DNA of 64,000 nucleotides from Lama glama. Lineage: Eukaryota. The position numbers were made by a program, and so were the translations under genes. The notes below the pieces were generated by a model. The model made no database searches, had not been told where the DNA came from, and worked only from the letters and a program-made list of their open reading frames with translations. Below, piece by piece: positions 1 to 13,325 of the stretch. Position 1 is the stretch's first letter, and every line of letters begins with the position of its first letter. The stretch covers positions 73,720,001-73,784,000 of the forward strand of contig CM052817.1 of the NCBI GenBank assembly GCA_028534125.1, in the 5' to 3' direction.

Positions 1-1364
1 TTCTATTATATTTTTCTTACAATGAGGTTCATCCAAACAAACATAATTATTTATTTAAATTATGTAGTACTTAAAAATTTTTTCTTCTATATTTCATAAG
101 ATTAGTTCTACTGGACGTACAGTGGCTTTTTCAAGGTCACATGTAGGGTGGAGCTGAGAATGCTCTGTGGAGAGAGAGTTGTCTTTTCAACCATATTTTG
201 TTTCCTTCCCACACAGACATCTGCTGTCTTTCTTACCCACTTTCAGTTGCTGTTTTGGATTGAATGCCCTTTTAATGGATGAAACTTAAAATTTATTTGG
301 CCATAGGAAATAGCTACTGGTTTTCTGATTCCTTCATTTTCATTTAAAGGTTTCTCCTTGAAATGTGGGATATATTATTATCACATTTGATTGTCAACAT
401 TTTAAGAGTTTGACTTTTCAAAGCTGACATTCACATCGTATTTGTGTAAGCTTATGTGGCTACAGTAAAACTGTTTTTTTTACCTTTAAAATCTGCTTGT
501 AAGAAGTACAAATATTATAGTGATCATCTGCAGTATAATCACTTCATTGGTGTCTTTGAGCTTATGAATTATATCTAAAAGCTATGTGAAAGCCAGGTGT
601 TAAATAGTAGAGGTTGTGAGTTGAAACTGTTTTTGATGAATTATAAATGTTGCTGACATGTTTAAAATTTGGGATTTTGGGGATACTCTTTACCTACCTC
701 AGTTATCAATGAGTTTCAAAAGATTATACTTTGAAGTATAATCTTATGTTCTACCTGATACTGTAGCAATTTCTACATTCTAGTATAGCAACTCCATTAG
801 ATAAACACATCATGTACTTAAAAATTGACGCTGTAAGATTGATAATTTGTCTAACAATGAATTCTCATTTCATTAAGGAAAAGATCTCTCCAGGCAGAAA
901 TAATGTATTAAAATTAGAGTTTGAAGTCTCTTTAGATTTGCTCCTTTAGAATCATACCCTTCTAGATTGTCAGCCTTCTGAAGGAAATTAGTTAGAAAGC
1001 ATCTACTAAGACACCTAGTAAAACAGAAGCACACAGGAGCATTTGCAACTCTTTTCTTTGTGAAAACCACTGGTTGTCACATATGTATTTTTTTAGATTT
1101 ACAAAAGGAAAAAGTCATTTTTCAGAAGTAAAAGACACTCAACAGTTTTCTGTTAGTAAGGCATATGTTTCACAAAATCGTCCATATATCTGTCATACAT
1201 CATTATTTCTTTTGAAAAATAGCTGATCTAATTCCGTTTCTCATGCATTTTTGCACCATGCATTCTGACAGACTAAATGATGGAGGCTGGCATAAGGGAT
1301 AAAGTGTATTTGGGTTGTGTAATAAATACAGAGAATGAAAGGTCTAGCTAATCCTTTATGTCAT

Positions 1365-1565
1365 CACCCCTCAAAATGTGTTCCGTGAACCACCCACATC
1401 AGAAGAATCACCTAGGGTGTTTTAAAGTGACGTGGATTGCTGAGCCCCATTCCAGACCTCCAGAGTTAGAATCTCCAAGGTGGGAGCCAAGAATATTTAC
1501 TTAACAAGATTAACCATGATCTCTAAGTAACCCTTAAGTGCATTAATGTATGATAAACCACTGCT
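1365..1565. mobile_element. MER5-type hAT MITE
   Basis: CTCAAAATGTG...ATCAGAAGAATCACCT...CCCCATTCCAGACCT...AGAATCTC...AAACCACTG. Confidence 0.65.
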
Positions 1566-2353
1566 TTATGTTCTAAGAAGTTGACGTTACTGAAGAGACC
1601 AGATTGAATATGTAACAACTGCACAGAGGGCATAAGAGTATAAAAACCCTTCATAGTCTATTCAGTTTCTTCTAATCCAGGTTAATTCAACTGGTTGCCA
1701 AATTCTATTTAAGAAACCAAGACCACACAGGACATGTGGGAACTGAGGCTGCTTGGCCAACTAATGGGACCTCCTCCAGATCTTATGTATTATCATAAAA
1801 GTAAGAAAGTGTCTGTGTTGTATTGCAATGGAATTTTAAACCATAGCACTTAAGGTAAATGTAAGCTCCACCTCTGAAAGCTAACAATTGCTATACACCT
1901 ATATAGAGTCCTTTCATTGTTTAAGCTTGTCAGCTCCCATCAGAAGTCTAGGGACTGAGGTACTATAAGATGCTGTTATGAAAATGTGTCCCCCAATTTT
2001 TTAAAAAGCAGAATTTCATTCCACTCTTGGGCAATCAGCTTGAACAGCAAGATTGCTCTGAATGATTTGATCCTTCCTTGGAATTGAAGTCCAGTACAAT
2101 TTTCTGGCTGAATTCCACACTTCTGCCTAAAAAGTCACGCAGCCTGGGAGAGATGATTAACAAAGTTCTTTTGGCCTCATTAAAATTTCTTGGTACATCA
2201 GCTAATGTGAGGTGTTAAATATTCACTCCATGTATGTTCAATTTTAAGAATTCTATATGCATTTCTAAAAGACCTATAAAATTAAGTGTTAAATCAGTTT
2301 TTTCCAAGAAAGTAAATAACGAATTCTACTGTCTACATACACTTTCTTCCTTT

Positions 2354-3317
2354 TTTAAAAATATATTTTTATTGAAGTATAGTCAGTTTACAGTGCTTTG
2401 TCAATTTCCGATGTATAGCACAATACTTCAGTCATATAGGAATATAAATATATTTTTCATATTCTTTTTCACCATGAGTTACAAGATATTGAATATGGTT
2501 CCCTGTCCTATACAGTATAACCTTGTTGTTTATCCATTTTATATTTATTAATTAGTATCTGCAAATCTTGAATTCCCAATTTATCCCTTTCCACCCCCTT
2601 TCCCCCTTGATAATGATAAGTTTATTTTTTATGTCTGTGAATCTGTTTCTGTTTCTGTAAGATCGTTTGTCTTTTTTTTTTTTTTTTAAGATTCCACATA
2701 TAAGTGTTACATAGTATTTTTCTTTCTCTTTCTGGCTTACTTCACTTAGAATGGCATTCTCCATGTCCATCCATGTTACTGCAAATGGCATTATTTTATT
2801 ATTTTTTATGACCGAGTAGTATTCCATTGTATAAATATACCACAACTTCTTTATCCAGTCATCTGTTAATGGACATTTAGGTTGTTTCCATGTCTTGCCT
2901 ATTGTAAGTAGTGCTGCTATGAACATTGGGGTGCGTGTGTCTTTGAATTAAGGTTCCTTCTGGATATATGCCCAGGAGTGGGATTGCTGGACCATATGAT
3001 AAGTTTATTTTTAGTGTTTTGAGGAATCTCCATACTGTTTTCCACAATGGCTGTACCAAACTACATTCCCACCAGCAGTGTAGGAGGGTTCCCTTTTCTC
3101 CACACCCTCTCCAACATTTATTGTTTGTGGACTTTTAAATGATGGCCATTCTGACTGATGTGAGGTGATACCTCATTATAGTTTTAATTTGCATTTCTCC
3201 AATAATTAGCAACTTTGAGCATTTTTTTCATGTTGCCTGTTGGCCATTTGTATGTCTTCATTGCAAAATTGCTCGTTTAGGTCTTCTGTCCATTTTTAGA
3301 CTGGGTTGTTTGTTTTG
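2354..3317 (-). mobile_element. 5'-truncated LINE-1 (ORF2 C-terminus + 3' UTR)
   Basis: ORF2 peptides MFIAALLTIGKTWKQPKCP and [16 protein letters not shown] cactttcttYcttt at 2340-2353 and 3318-3331. Confidence 0.93.
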
Positions 3318-4059
3318 CACTTTCTTTCTTTCTTTTGTTACGTAATAAATAATACAGATGAAAGAATCAGTCTTTAGTGTTGATTTGTGTAAACTCACCA
3401 ATTTATTCTTTGAAGAATTAAACAGTGATCCAGATGAACATGTCAGTTTCCATTCCTGTTAAAAATGTGACCCATGCAGTTACAGCTGTGTGTTAGACCC
3501 CAGCCATGACACTGTGAGCCAAGTTATTGATTCTGGGCTGCTTTCTTGTCTAATGCTAACCACTTGATTTGGCATTGGGACTAGATCTTTTCTACTCAGG
3601 ATCAACAGTTGAATTAGATATGGAAAATAGCAGGAAAATACAAAAAAAAAGAAATAAAGGAAATGTAGAATGTACAGGGGGTTCTATATTAATTACTGAT
3701 AATGATAGCCATCATTTATTGAGCCCCTGTTATTTCCTGGATTCTGTAATGGTGCTCTACACACCATTTACAGATCTAAATTTCATTTCTTCTGATAATA
3801 GCTCTGTGAATCAAGTATTAAAGTTTACTTTTATTGAGTGTCTGCTATCCCAGCATACTCTTCTTAGGGATTTTACATATATTACCTAATTTAGTGCATA
3901 TAATCCTATACGTGTTATAGACAAGTAAACCAAGGCTTATTTGAATTCAGTACTTTGCTCAAGGTCACATAACTCATGGTAAGTGGTAGAAACAGGATTG
4001 AAAATGTAGTTCTAAGCTCACTGTATTACATTAACCATTTAAAGAGAGAGAAATGTAGA

Positions 4060-5340
4060 AAGGAGACATTAGAGAAAGTTGAAAGTAGGTTGAATGATTT
4101 TTAACAATTGGAAAAAATTGCCCACTTGAAAAATTTCAAGTAAGATTGTCAGTTATGCCCCAAACCAAAACAAATTTCAGGTAAGTAAAAATTAAATGGA
4201 AGGAAGAGGTTATAGCTCAAGTGGTAGAGAGCATGCTTAGTGTGCACAAGGTCCTGTATTCAATCCCTGGCACCTCCATTAAATAAATAATAAACCTAAT
4301 TACCTACCTCCTCAAAAAAAAAAAAGTTAAATAGAAAAAGAAGTTTTGTTTTTTAAGCCAGGAGAAAATGAAGAGGTTTTTTTTTTTTTTTACTGATTTC
4401 AGGGTTGAAAGGAATAAAAGCAATGGAATAAAAATCTAAAAGTAGAAGCTTACACTTTTCAATTTATATAATTTAAAAGTCAAGAGATATATTGACCTTT
4501 AATAAAAGTCAAAAGATATATTAAAAAGAACATAAACTTGGAAAAATTTGCAACAAATATGGCAAAATGTTTTCTTGTCTATGTGGAGTTTTTAAAAATA
4601 AAAAAGATATTTGAAACTCTAAAAGGACAAAAAATGTGGACAAGTCAAAGAAGACAAAAATTGTAATAGACATAAAATGTATGGTTAAGTTTTTAAACTC
4701 TTCAAAAATGAAAAAAAGTAAATCCAAACCATAATGATATACTTATCTATTGAGCAGAGCAAATTTGAGCATGTGATTGAGTGGAGACAGGCTCTTCCAC
4801 AAACAGTCATGGTAGCATCTTCTGCATCAGCCTCTCTCAAGAGTAGTTTTGCAATGTTACAATATGTACCAAGAATTTACATCCTTTGACATCATTATTC
4901 CACCTTTAGGAATTTAAACAATGGGCATAATCAAGACAAGGACAAAGATTTAGGTAAATAGCTTTTAATCGTAGCATTCTTGACAACAATGAAAACAAAA
5001 GCTTTAGTGGTACAAATGATTAGGGAAAGCTTACACCAGTTATAATCCATCCAGAAACCACTATATGAGATTTAGAATATCTTAAACAACTTTTAAATGT
5101 TGTAGGCAATACTTATTTGGTAATGTTACTTTTTAAAAGTAGAAGACAGAGTATTATCCCAACTTTGTAAAAATATCAATTATATGCACATATATAGTGT
5201 ACATGTAGAAAATTCTAAAAGAAAATACATCAAAACATGCACTGTTAAGTTTGAGTAATGGGATTTATGGCTGCTGGCTGATTGTGGGTTTTTTAAAATT
5301 CATTTAAAAATGTTCTATGAGAATATGTATGTTTTTTAAT
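4060..5340 (+). mobile_element. Ancient L1M (L1ME-like) 3' region
   Basis: A-rich decayed ORF2-end/3' UTR motifs (AAAATTTGCAACAAATATGGCAAA; CCTTTGACATCATTATTCCACCTTTAGGAATTTA). Confidence 0.55.
4202..4325 (+). mobile_element. Camelid Vic-1-type tRNA-derived SINE
   Basis: A-box TAGCTCAAGTGG, B-box-like ATTCAATCCC, tail AATAAACCTAATTACC, poly(A). Degenerate TSD aaaaattaaatggaa / aaaagttaaatagaa. Confidence 0.85.
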
Positions 5341-5957
5341 GATCCCACTACCTTTTTTTTTTAATAGAGAGGGAGACTATAAGAATAAAAAAAAGGAGTT
5401 AAAGAGTGTAGAAACATGTTCCTAGACAAATGCTCCAATGAAATAGGTGTGTTTTTTAGGCTTCATAACAATTTATTATTTTATTTAATGTTTTACACTT
5501 ATTTAGCTTTTCAATTGATTTGAAGGGGAGGACTTTTTATGAGTAGATCCTTATTAAATTTTTACTGTGAAAATAAGACTATTATCATTTTCTTATAGGT
5601 GTAATCAACATTTAAATAGCGGGTATGGTGATTAATTAAGAACAGCTGAGAGTTTCATCCATCTTGGAAGCAGTCCAGGTTTAAATCCCACTCAGGAAAA
5701 TATGTCAGTACAAGCTAGTAAAAGTCTGCATGCTGCTTTAAAAACAGAGGAACAAATGTCTTTGAAGCCTGCCGTGCTGGGAAACTTGAAAATGTTTTTC
5801 CTGTGAATGGTAATAGTAACAATGGTGATAGAGACATGGCTCTAAATTCACTCCTCGAGTGTAATGTGTAAGAATATTTTGAGGTAATATAACTGTGTCC
5901 CTAAAAGTCACAACTCTTGGGTTAGCAACATTAAAGAAAAGAAATCTTAGTATTCCA

Positions 5958-6448
5958 CTACTCAGCCACAAAAAAGAATAAAATAATGTTATTTGCAGCA
6001 ACATGGGCAGAACTGTGATCATCATTGTAAGTGAAGTAAGCCAGAAAAAGAAAGAAAAATACCGTATGATATCATTCATATGTAGAGTTAAAAATAAAAA
6101 GCTCATAATGTAGAAAAAAAAAGGAAAAAGAAGACACCAATGAACTCATCTACAAAACAGAAACAAACTCACAGACATAGTAAACAATCTTATGTTTACC
6201 GGTAGCGGAGGAAGGGGGGTGGGGAGGGATAAATTGGGAGTTCAAGATTTGCAAATATTAATTACTATATAAAAACATAGATAAAAAACAGATTTCTTTT
6301 GTATAGCACAGGAAACTATTCAATATCTTGTAGTAGCCTTTAATGGAAAAAAATATGAAAAGGAATATATGTATGTATATATATGACTGAGACATTGTTC
6401 TGTACACCAGAAATTGACACATAATATACTTCAATTAAAAAAAAAAAA
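5958..6448 (+). mobile_element. 5'-truncated LINE-1 3' end
   Basis: Same 3' UTR as other L1 copies in the window, with poly(A). TSD aaaagaaatctt(ag/ga)tattcca at 5937-5957 and 6445-6465. Confidence 0.92.
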
Positions 6449-7567
6449 GAAATCTTGATATTCCAGAGGTGTCAGTGCCACATGGTTCAAACTTCAGGCC
6501 GGGCCCTGCCCCCAGCACAAGAAAAGGAATTGGGCATCCAGGAAAATCAGAACGTGATTGCTGGGGCCAGGAATGTGGTCACAGAAGCTTTTCCTCAGAA
6601 CAGGAAGCAGCAGACACTCCTACAAGTTATTCAACAGTGGAAAGGTATTTGGCACTTTTGGGTAGAGCTAAGGAGGTGGTGTCCTGCACGGTGGTGTGAT
6701 TGTGGCCTCTGGACTGGCTACCAATCTCAGCTCTGGCATTTATTACTCAATATCCAAGTACTTTAATCTCACTAAGGCTCAGCTTCTTCAATTGGGTGGC
6801 TTATGAGGATTAAATGACACTATAAATGTTTTGGCATACAGTAGGATTAGCCATTAAAAATATTGCAGTAGTAACTGTGAGAAATAAATACAAAAAGTAC
6901 AAAGTATTATTCATGCCTTCAAGGAATGTATAGGCTAGTTGGGTAGTCGGGGTTTATGCACACAAAGCAAACCGTATGCTGTAGTCTCTTGAGTAGATGA
7001 ACACCGTAAAACAAAAAGCATGTAGAATTCTGATATGGTGTTTGTCAGTTCATATTCTGTAAGAAAATATTTTTACATTTAATTAAAAAATCATTAGAAC
7101 TATATAAATACACAGGAATCATGTAAAAATGATGAAGAATTGACTTGCTTGCTTAGTGTGTCTTTGACAATTGTTTATCTTAAAACAAAATTTAGTGAAA
7201 AAAAAAGTGTAGTAACCCCCACCAAAACACATATAATTAATTCTTACTTAAAATCATAACCAGAAGAGAAAGGCTTGAGGTCAGGCTACATCTTTGTAAT
7301 GATTACTTTACATAATTTGTACTAAATTAGTATTTACATCTATGAAAAGATATTATTATTAAAGGAAACTCAGTTGCTAAAATATCCCGCAATTCTTCTA
7401 TGTGGGAGAAGGGGACCTAATATAAGTTGAGCTTCTCCAGGTATAAAGAGCTATATCCTGTAGAGGTGCCACAGGATTTTAATATATACCCAAGTTTTCA
7501 TCATGCTTCACATTATGTGCTGGGTTCCCATTTCAAACATTGCTAATCAGAAACAGCACAATCTAAA

Positions 7568-9620
7568 CTTTTTTTGTTGAAGTATAATTGGTGTACAATA
7601 TTACATAAGTTACAGGTGTACAATTTAGTGATTCACAATTTTAAAGGTTATGCTTCATTTACAGTTATTATAAAATATTGGTTATATTCCCCATGCTGTA
7701 TAATATATTCTTGTATCTTATTTTATACATAATAGTTTGTACCTCTTACTCCCTTATCCCTGTATTGCTCCTCACCTCTCCCCTCTCTGCTGATAGCCAT
7801 TAGTTTGTTCTCTGTAAGTCTGCTAAGTTTTGTGTTATATATACTAGTTTATTGTATTTTTTAGATTCCTCATATAAGTAATATCATATAGTATTTCTTT
7901 TTCTCTGTCTGACTTATTTCACTTAGCATAATATCCTCCAGGTCCATCCATGTTGCTGCAAATGGCAAAATTTCTGTCTTTTTTATGGCTGTTGTATTCC
8001 ATGTGTATATACATATACACTATGTATATATGTATATACACACACACATATATATATACTATATATACATATACATATATATATACATATATATACACAC
8101 ACCACTTAATAGTCCATTGTCTATATAAACCACATCTTTATCCATTCATCTGTTGATGAACATTTAGGTTGCTTCCATATCTTAGCAATTGTAAATGATC
8201 CTGCTGTGAACATTGGAATTTATGTATCTTTTTGAATTAGTGTTTTTTTTTGTTTGTTTGTTTTTTCAGATATCTACCCAGGAGTGTAATTGATGGGTCA
8301 TATGGTAGTTCTATTTTTAGATTTTTTTGAGAAATCTCCAGAAAACCTACTGTTTTACACAGTGGCTATACCAATGTACATTCCCAGCAACAGTGTACAA
8401 GGATTCCTTTCCTCCACATTCTTGCCAAAATTTGTTATTTGTGGGTTTTTTTTTTTTTTGATTATTATCATTCTGCCAGGTTTGAGGTATCTCACTGCAG
8501 GTTTGATTTTCAGTTCCCAGATGATTAGTGATGTTGACATCTTTTCATTTGCCTGTTGCCCATCTGCATTTCCTCTTTGAAAAAATGTTTGTTCAGGTCT
8601 TCTGCTCATTTGTAATTAGGTTGTTTGTTTTTTTGATGTTGAATTGTATAATCTGCCTATGTATGTCGTGTATTAATCCCTTATTGTCATATCATTTGCA
8701 AATATTTTCTCCCATTCAGTAGGTTGTCTTTTCAGCTGTACAAAAGCTCTTAAGTTTAGTTAGGTCTCATTTGTTTATTTTTGCTTTTATTTCCTTTGCT
8801 TTTATGTCCCTTTTCTTTTATTTCCATAAATTAAAAAAATTATTTATTTATTTATTTTTGTGTGGGGGATGTTGGTGATTAAGTTTACTTATTTATTTAT
8901 TTTTAGAGGCGGTACTGGGGATTGAACCCAGGACCTTGTGCATGCTAAGCATGCACTCTACCACTTGAGCTATATCCTAGCCCCTTATTTCTATAAATTT
9001 AAAAATTATTTGTTCTAGTTCTGTGAAAAATATCATTGGTATTTTGGTAGGGATTGCACTGAATCTGTAGATTGCCTTGGGAAGTATGATCATTTTGACA
9101 ATATTAATGCTTCCAATCCAAGAGCATGGTATGTCTTTCCATCTGTTTGTGTCATCTTCAGTTTCTTTCATCAGTGTTATAATTTTTTGAGTACAGGTCT
9201 TTTACCTCCTTAGTTAGGTTTATCCTTATGTATTTTATTCTTTTTGATGCAGTGGTAAATGGGATTGTTTCTAATAGTGTACAGTTGTTAGTGTATAGAA
9301 ATGCAACAGATTTCTGTATATTAATTTTGTACTCTGCAACTTTACCAAATTCACTGATGAGTTCTAGTAGTTTTCTGGTGGTGTTTTTAGGATTTTCTAT
9401 GTATAATATCATGTCATCTGCAAATAGTGACAGTTTTATTTCTTCATTTCCAATTTGGATTCCTTTTATTTCTTTTTCTGTTTGCTGTGGCTAGGACTGC
9501 CAATGCTATGTTGAATAAAAGTCACGAGAGTGGGCATCCTTGTCTTGTTCCTGATCTTAAAGGAAATACTTTCAGCTTTTCACCATTGAGTTTGATGTTA
9601 GCTGGGGTTTGTCATTTATG
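7568..9620 (-). mobile_element. LINE-1 fragment (ORF2 RT/C-terminal remnants + 3' UTR) with nested SINE and (TA/CA)n
   Basis: ORF2 peptides MILYIENPK...[21 protein letters not shown] and [14 protein letters not shown]...[10 protein letters not shown]. Confidence 0.93.
8846..8984 (-). mobile_element. Vic-1-type SINE inserted in an L1
   Basis: Reverse complement of the same SINE consensus. Flanked by ~27-bp direct repeats (8818-8845 and 8985-9011). Confidence 0.85.
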
Positions 9621-11059
9621 ACCAAACATCTTTTGAATGAAAACCTCAACATCTTTTAGTTTCACAAGTTTTGTTTTTTAATTACTGGATAGCTTGCCAC
9701 CGGTTCTTAGTCAAGGGCCAGTGATAAGGTATTTACAGTTTTAATATTTAAGAAAATTTTTGACATTTCAACTAAGTTTATTTTGGTGGACAAAAGAGGT
9801 CTTTTGAGCTACAGACAGCTACTGCTTTGCAAAAAAGTTCTGATGCTAACTTTTTATATGTACAAAAGTAACCTAACTCTTTTTAAGCTATTTTCTAAGT
9901 TTAATTTTTGAGCAATTAAAGCTAGAATAACTAGTATTTATGTTGCCTCTTGTCAGCTTTGCATAAGACTAAAAGAGATGATAATGCTCTTCCCAAGTTT
10001 CCATTGTCAACATAATCTTCTTTATTGGCTAATATATTTTAGACACTAAACTAAGCTTTGGAAATTCTAGAATTATAAGATATGATTTCTGCCTTCAAGT
10101 GAAATTATAATTTTATTCTGACCGAAGGAATATATGACTCTCTCTCTCTCTCTACACACACTCATACACATACACCACACATACACATATACATATATTT
10201 GACAATTTAATTTTATATGTCATGTTACAGGTAGATATTTATATAAGAATGTAGAGGTAGAATTAAATATATAGTTCCATATGACTGAAGTGAGGCATAT
10301 TTTATATGCATAATAATTCTAAAAGAAAAACAGCCTCTCTCCTCTGTGTCTTTTAACATACCAATGACATCTTTTATTTAGAAGTTAGTTAGTCTTACTG
10401 TAACTACTGAGACTATTGAAATAAATTACTGCATGTTGTTATGCATTCAGTAATTCCCCTCTTCTTTGGGTAATTTATACAATAATAAAAGAGTTGTTAT
10501 TGCTTTATGTAAAGTTTTTCCCCCAGAGAAGAGCTGAATTATAGTTTATTTCTGAAAAACAGGATGCTAATGGTTCTGTAGTTAGTATCAGTAAGGTACC
10601 ATTTCTTTCTATATTTAATTTCTTTGCTAATGTTATAGTTGGCAATTATCTGTTAAGCTAATTAAGGTCAGAGAATGTTGAGCTCCAAAGCCTATCTAAT
10701 CAATTCCATTGCTAAGTACAATAGTTTTCCCAAAACTTCATCCAGAAGATTAAGATACAGATGGAGGTCATCTTTACCCATTACTCTTCACTCACTTACC
10801 CTTCAGAAGGGACAGGCATGATGTGGCTTATTGCGGTTATCTGATAGAATTGTAAAGGCTTAAGAATTAACATAACAGCTATAAATTTTGCTAATCAGGA
10901 TTTGAAACCAAGTTTTAGAATCTAGTAAGTCTGAAAAAATTTACTTGATTCACCAAATTTCTCACTCGTTTTATTCATATTGACTGACGCTGCTTCATGT
11001 GTCTATTTGGCCAGTTTTGCTCCTGTTGAACTTCTTCCTTTATTTTGTTTTATGTCCCC

Positions 11060-11350
11060 AAGTATTTATTGACCTACTCTGTGTTGGGTGCTGTGCCCAG
11101 AAGTGGAGACACAAAGAGGAGTAAGTCATGGCCTCATCTACCCTGAAAGGCCAGGCTGGTTGGGGAGATAGATAAGTAAACTGATAATCTGGGGCTCCTG
11201 CTAGAGCCATTCACAACACCTAGTGCAGTGTTGTGCTTATAACTAGTAATCAACAACATTTATGAATGACTGCGTGCTCAGGGTGTATTGGGGCCCCAGA
11301 GTAAAGGAACGTGGTCAGACTTGAGGGGAGAGGATACGCTGGGAGGGTGC
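11060..11350 (-). mobile_element. L2 3' fragment
   Basis: AAGTATTTATTGACCTACTCTGTGTTGGGTGCTGTGC... is the reverse of the L2 3' end. Confidence 0.55.
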
Positions 11351-12559
11351 TGTGAAGAAGCTATCCCAAGCCTCTGGGGGAAGACTCACAGGGTCCACTT
11401 AACCCAAATTCTTGTAGAAGTCAAATAATAAAAAACAACTAGCAAAGCATTATCCATTTCTCATTAAACCTGGCTTAAGCCCGATTTTTTTTTTTTTAAT
11501 GGTCTTGGGCATCTGAACCAAAGCTTAGTTTCATAAGATGAATTAACCCTACTTTTGTTTTTAGTTATGTTTAAATTAGGAGTTTCCTTACTTTTCAATA
11601 TTCTCTTTGGAGTTGATGCCAATGCGTTTACCCCCAACAAATCAAGAATTTGTTTTGAAAGCTTCCCCAGAAGAAGTTCAGATATTCTCTGAAATGCAGT
11701 AGTAACTAGAGGGGTTTTTATTGACTGATTTCCAACAGAGGGATTTTGTAGTATGAGCTAAAATGTTAAAAAAAAAAAAAAAAGGGCAGTGCAAGCTACA
11801 AATACTTGATCGCTTGCCTTTTCCCACTGCCATGTGTTATGTACTATAATTAATTAGACACATTCTTTTTTTAAAGCCAGTTTTTCACCCTATCTTTTAC
11901 ATACCAGTGTAAAATTACAAAAGCTCTTTACCTTGCATGGAGTTAGAGTTGAATATCTCAAACCATTCTAGACAACTGCAGTTCAGAGCACAAGGGTAAA
12001 TTTAGAAAGTCACAGCAGGTCACATCCATTGTGGATAAAGTTGTGGATCTCTGTTGTATACTGATCTTACGGGGAAATGTCAGCTGCATGATGTTAGTAT
12101 TCTGAGCACATGAGAAGTCTCCTGTACAGAATACTGTTTTAGTCTTACTGGTACCTATATACATACATACATATGCTGCAGTATACATATACATTGCACT
12201 TATTTTATCAGTACTTCCTGGCAGTTCACGCACGATATTGATAGGTTGACAGTATTTGCTTCCAGAGGCAGTACAAGAAATGCTTCCATACTTGGAGTTT
12301 TATGGACAGAGAAATGGTAAGGAGTGAAGCAAAATCCAGTATCACTGCAAAAAACCAGGCCATCTCCCAGAGGTTATTCTATGTCCTGTGTCTGTAATCA
12401 ATACCTTCTCTTGGATATGTCAGTCTTGCATTTTATCAGACCAAAACCAAACCATTGTGCTCTCTCCAGGTTTAGGGTACTGTTTCCCCAAATTTCTGGT
12501 CTGGGTTAGTTGCGTCACTCGTTACATGCCAGAGCTAGATGTCGCCAAGTTTTCCTTAA

Positions 12560-13325
12560 GTTCTTCTTTTCCATAAACCCTTAAATTCAATTCCCCCAAG
12601 TTTTATAGCTTCTTTTCCCTACATATATGACAAATTGCTTATTTTTCACATTGCTGTCCTGATGACATTGCTTGTCAGGACCATGTCAATTGTATCCCAA
12701 GTTGTCCCCCAGATTCCATTCTCTTTGCCCTCTAGCTCATCCTCCATATGTTACTAGGGTGATTATTTTGAAACAGAATCTGGTCTTGGCTTTTCCCGTC
12801 CTTTCACCTAAAGGCTAATGCTCAGTCTTATTATGGCATACAAGAACACCCATGGCCTGGGCCCTGCCTTACTTTTCCAATTTTACTCCTTTCTCATTTC
12901 CGACATGACCCTTATAATTCACACACACTGCATTACTTACAGTGTTCTGCATGCTGTGTTCTTTCCACCACTATGCTGTTGCACTTGCTGTTTCCTGTGC
13001 CTGCTCTTTTTTCCAGCTGACTCATCACCAGGAACTTTATAAAACGCAATGTTGCTATTCCTACTCTATATCTAAGTGTAAAATATGTTTGTAAAATAAA
13101 ACAAATGTCTATTGCTTGGACTACTGCCTTTAAATGCATCTCCCTGGATCCATTTTTACCCACTTTAATCTAATTCATGGACCATACTGCAGCTATAAAA
13201 AATTGGTTTAATGAAGATCTTGAAATCTTTTGAGGGGATGGAAAATGTTTATTTTTTTCTATATTTAATCACTTGAAGCTAACACCGTGCTTGGCACACA
13301 GGATGTGCTTCAGAAATATTTGTCT
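12560..13325 (+). mobile_element. L2 fragment(s)
   Basis: Pyrimidine-rich L2 body ending ACCGTGCTTGGCACACAGGATGTGCTTCAGAAATATTTG. Confidence 0.55.

Noticed and set aside
4202..4280. tRNA gene-like sequences (also ~8905-8984, 38742-38815, 51529-51600)
   Set aside because: All share the SINE tail and A-rich end and are mutually diverged. They are tRNA-derived SINE heads, not tRNA genes.
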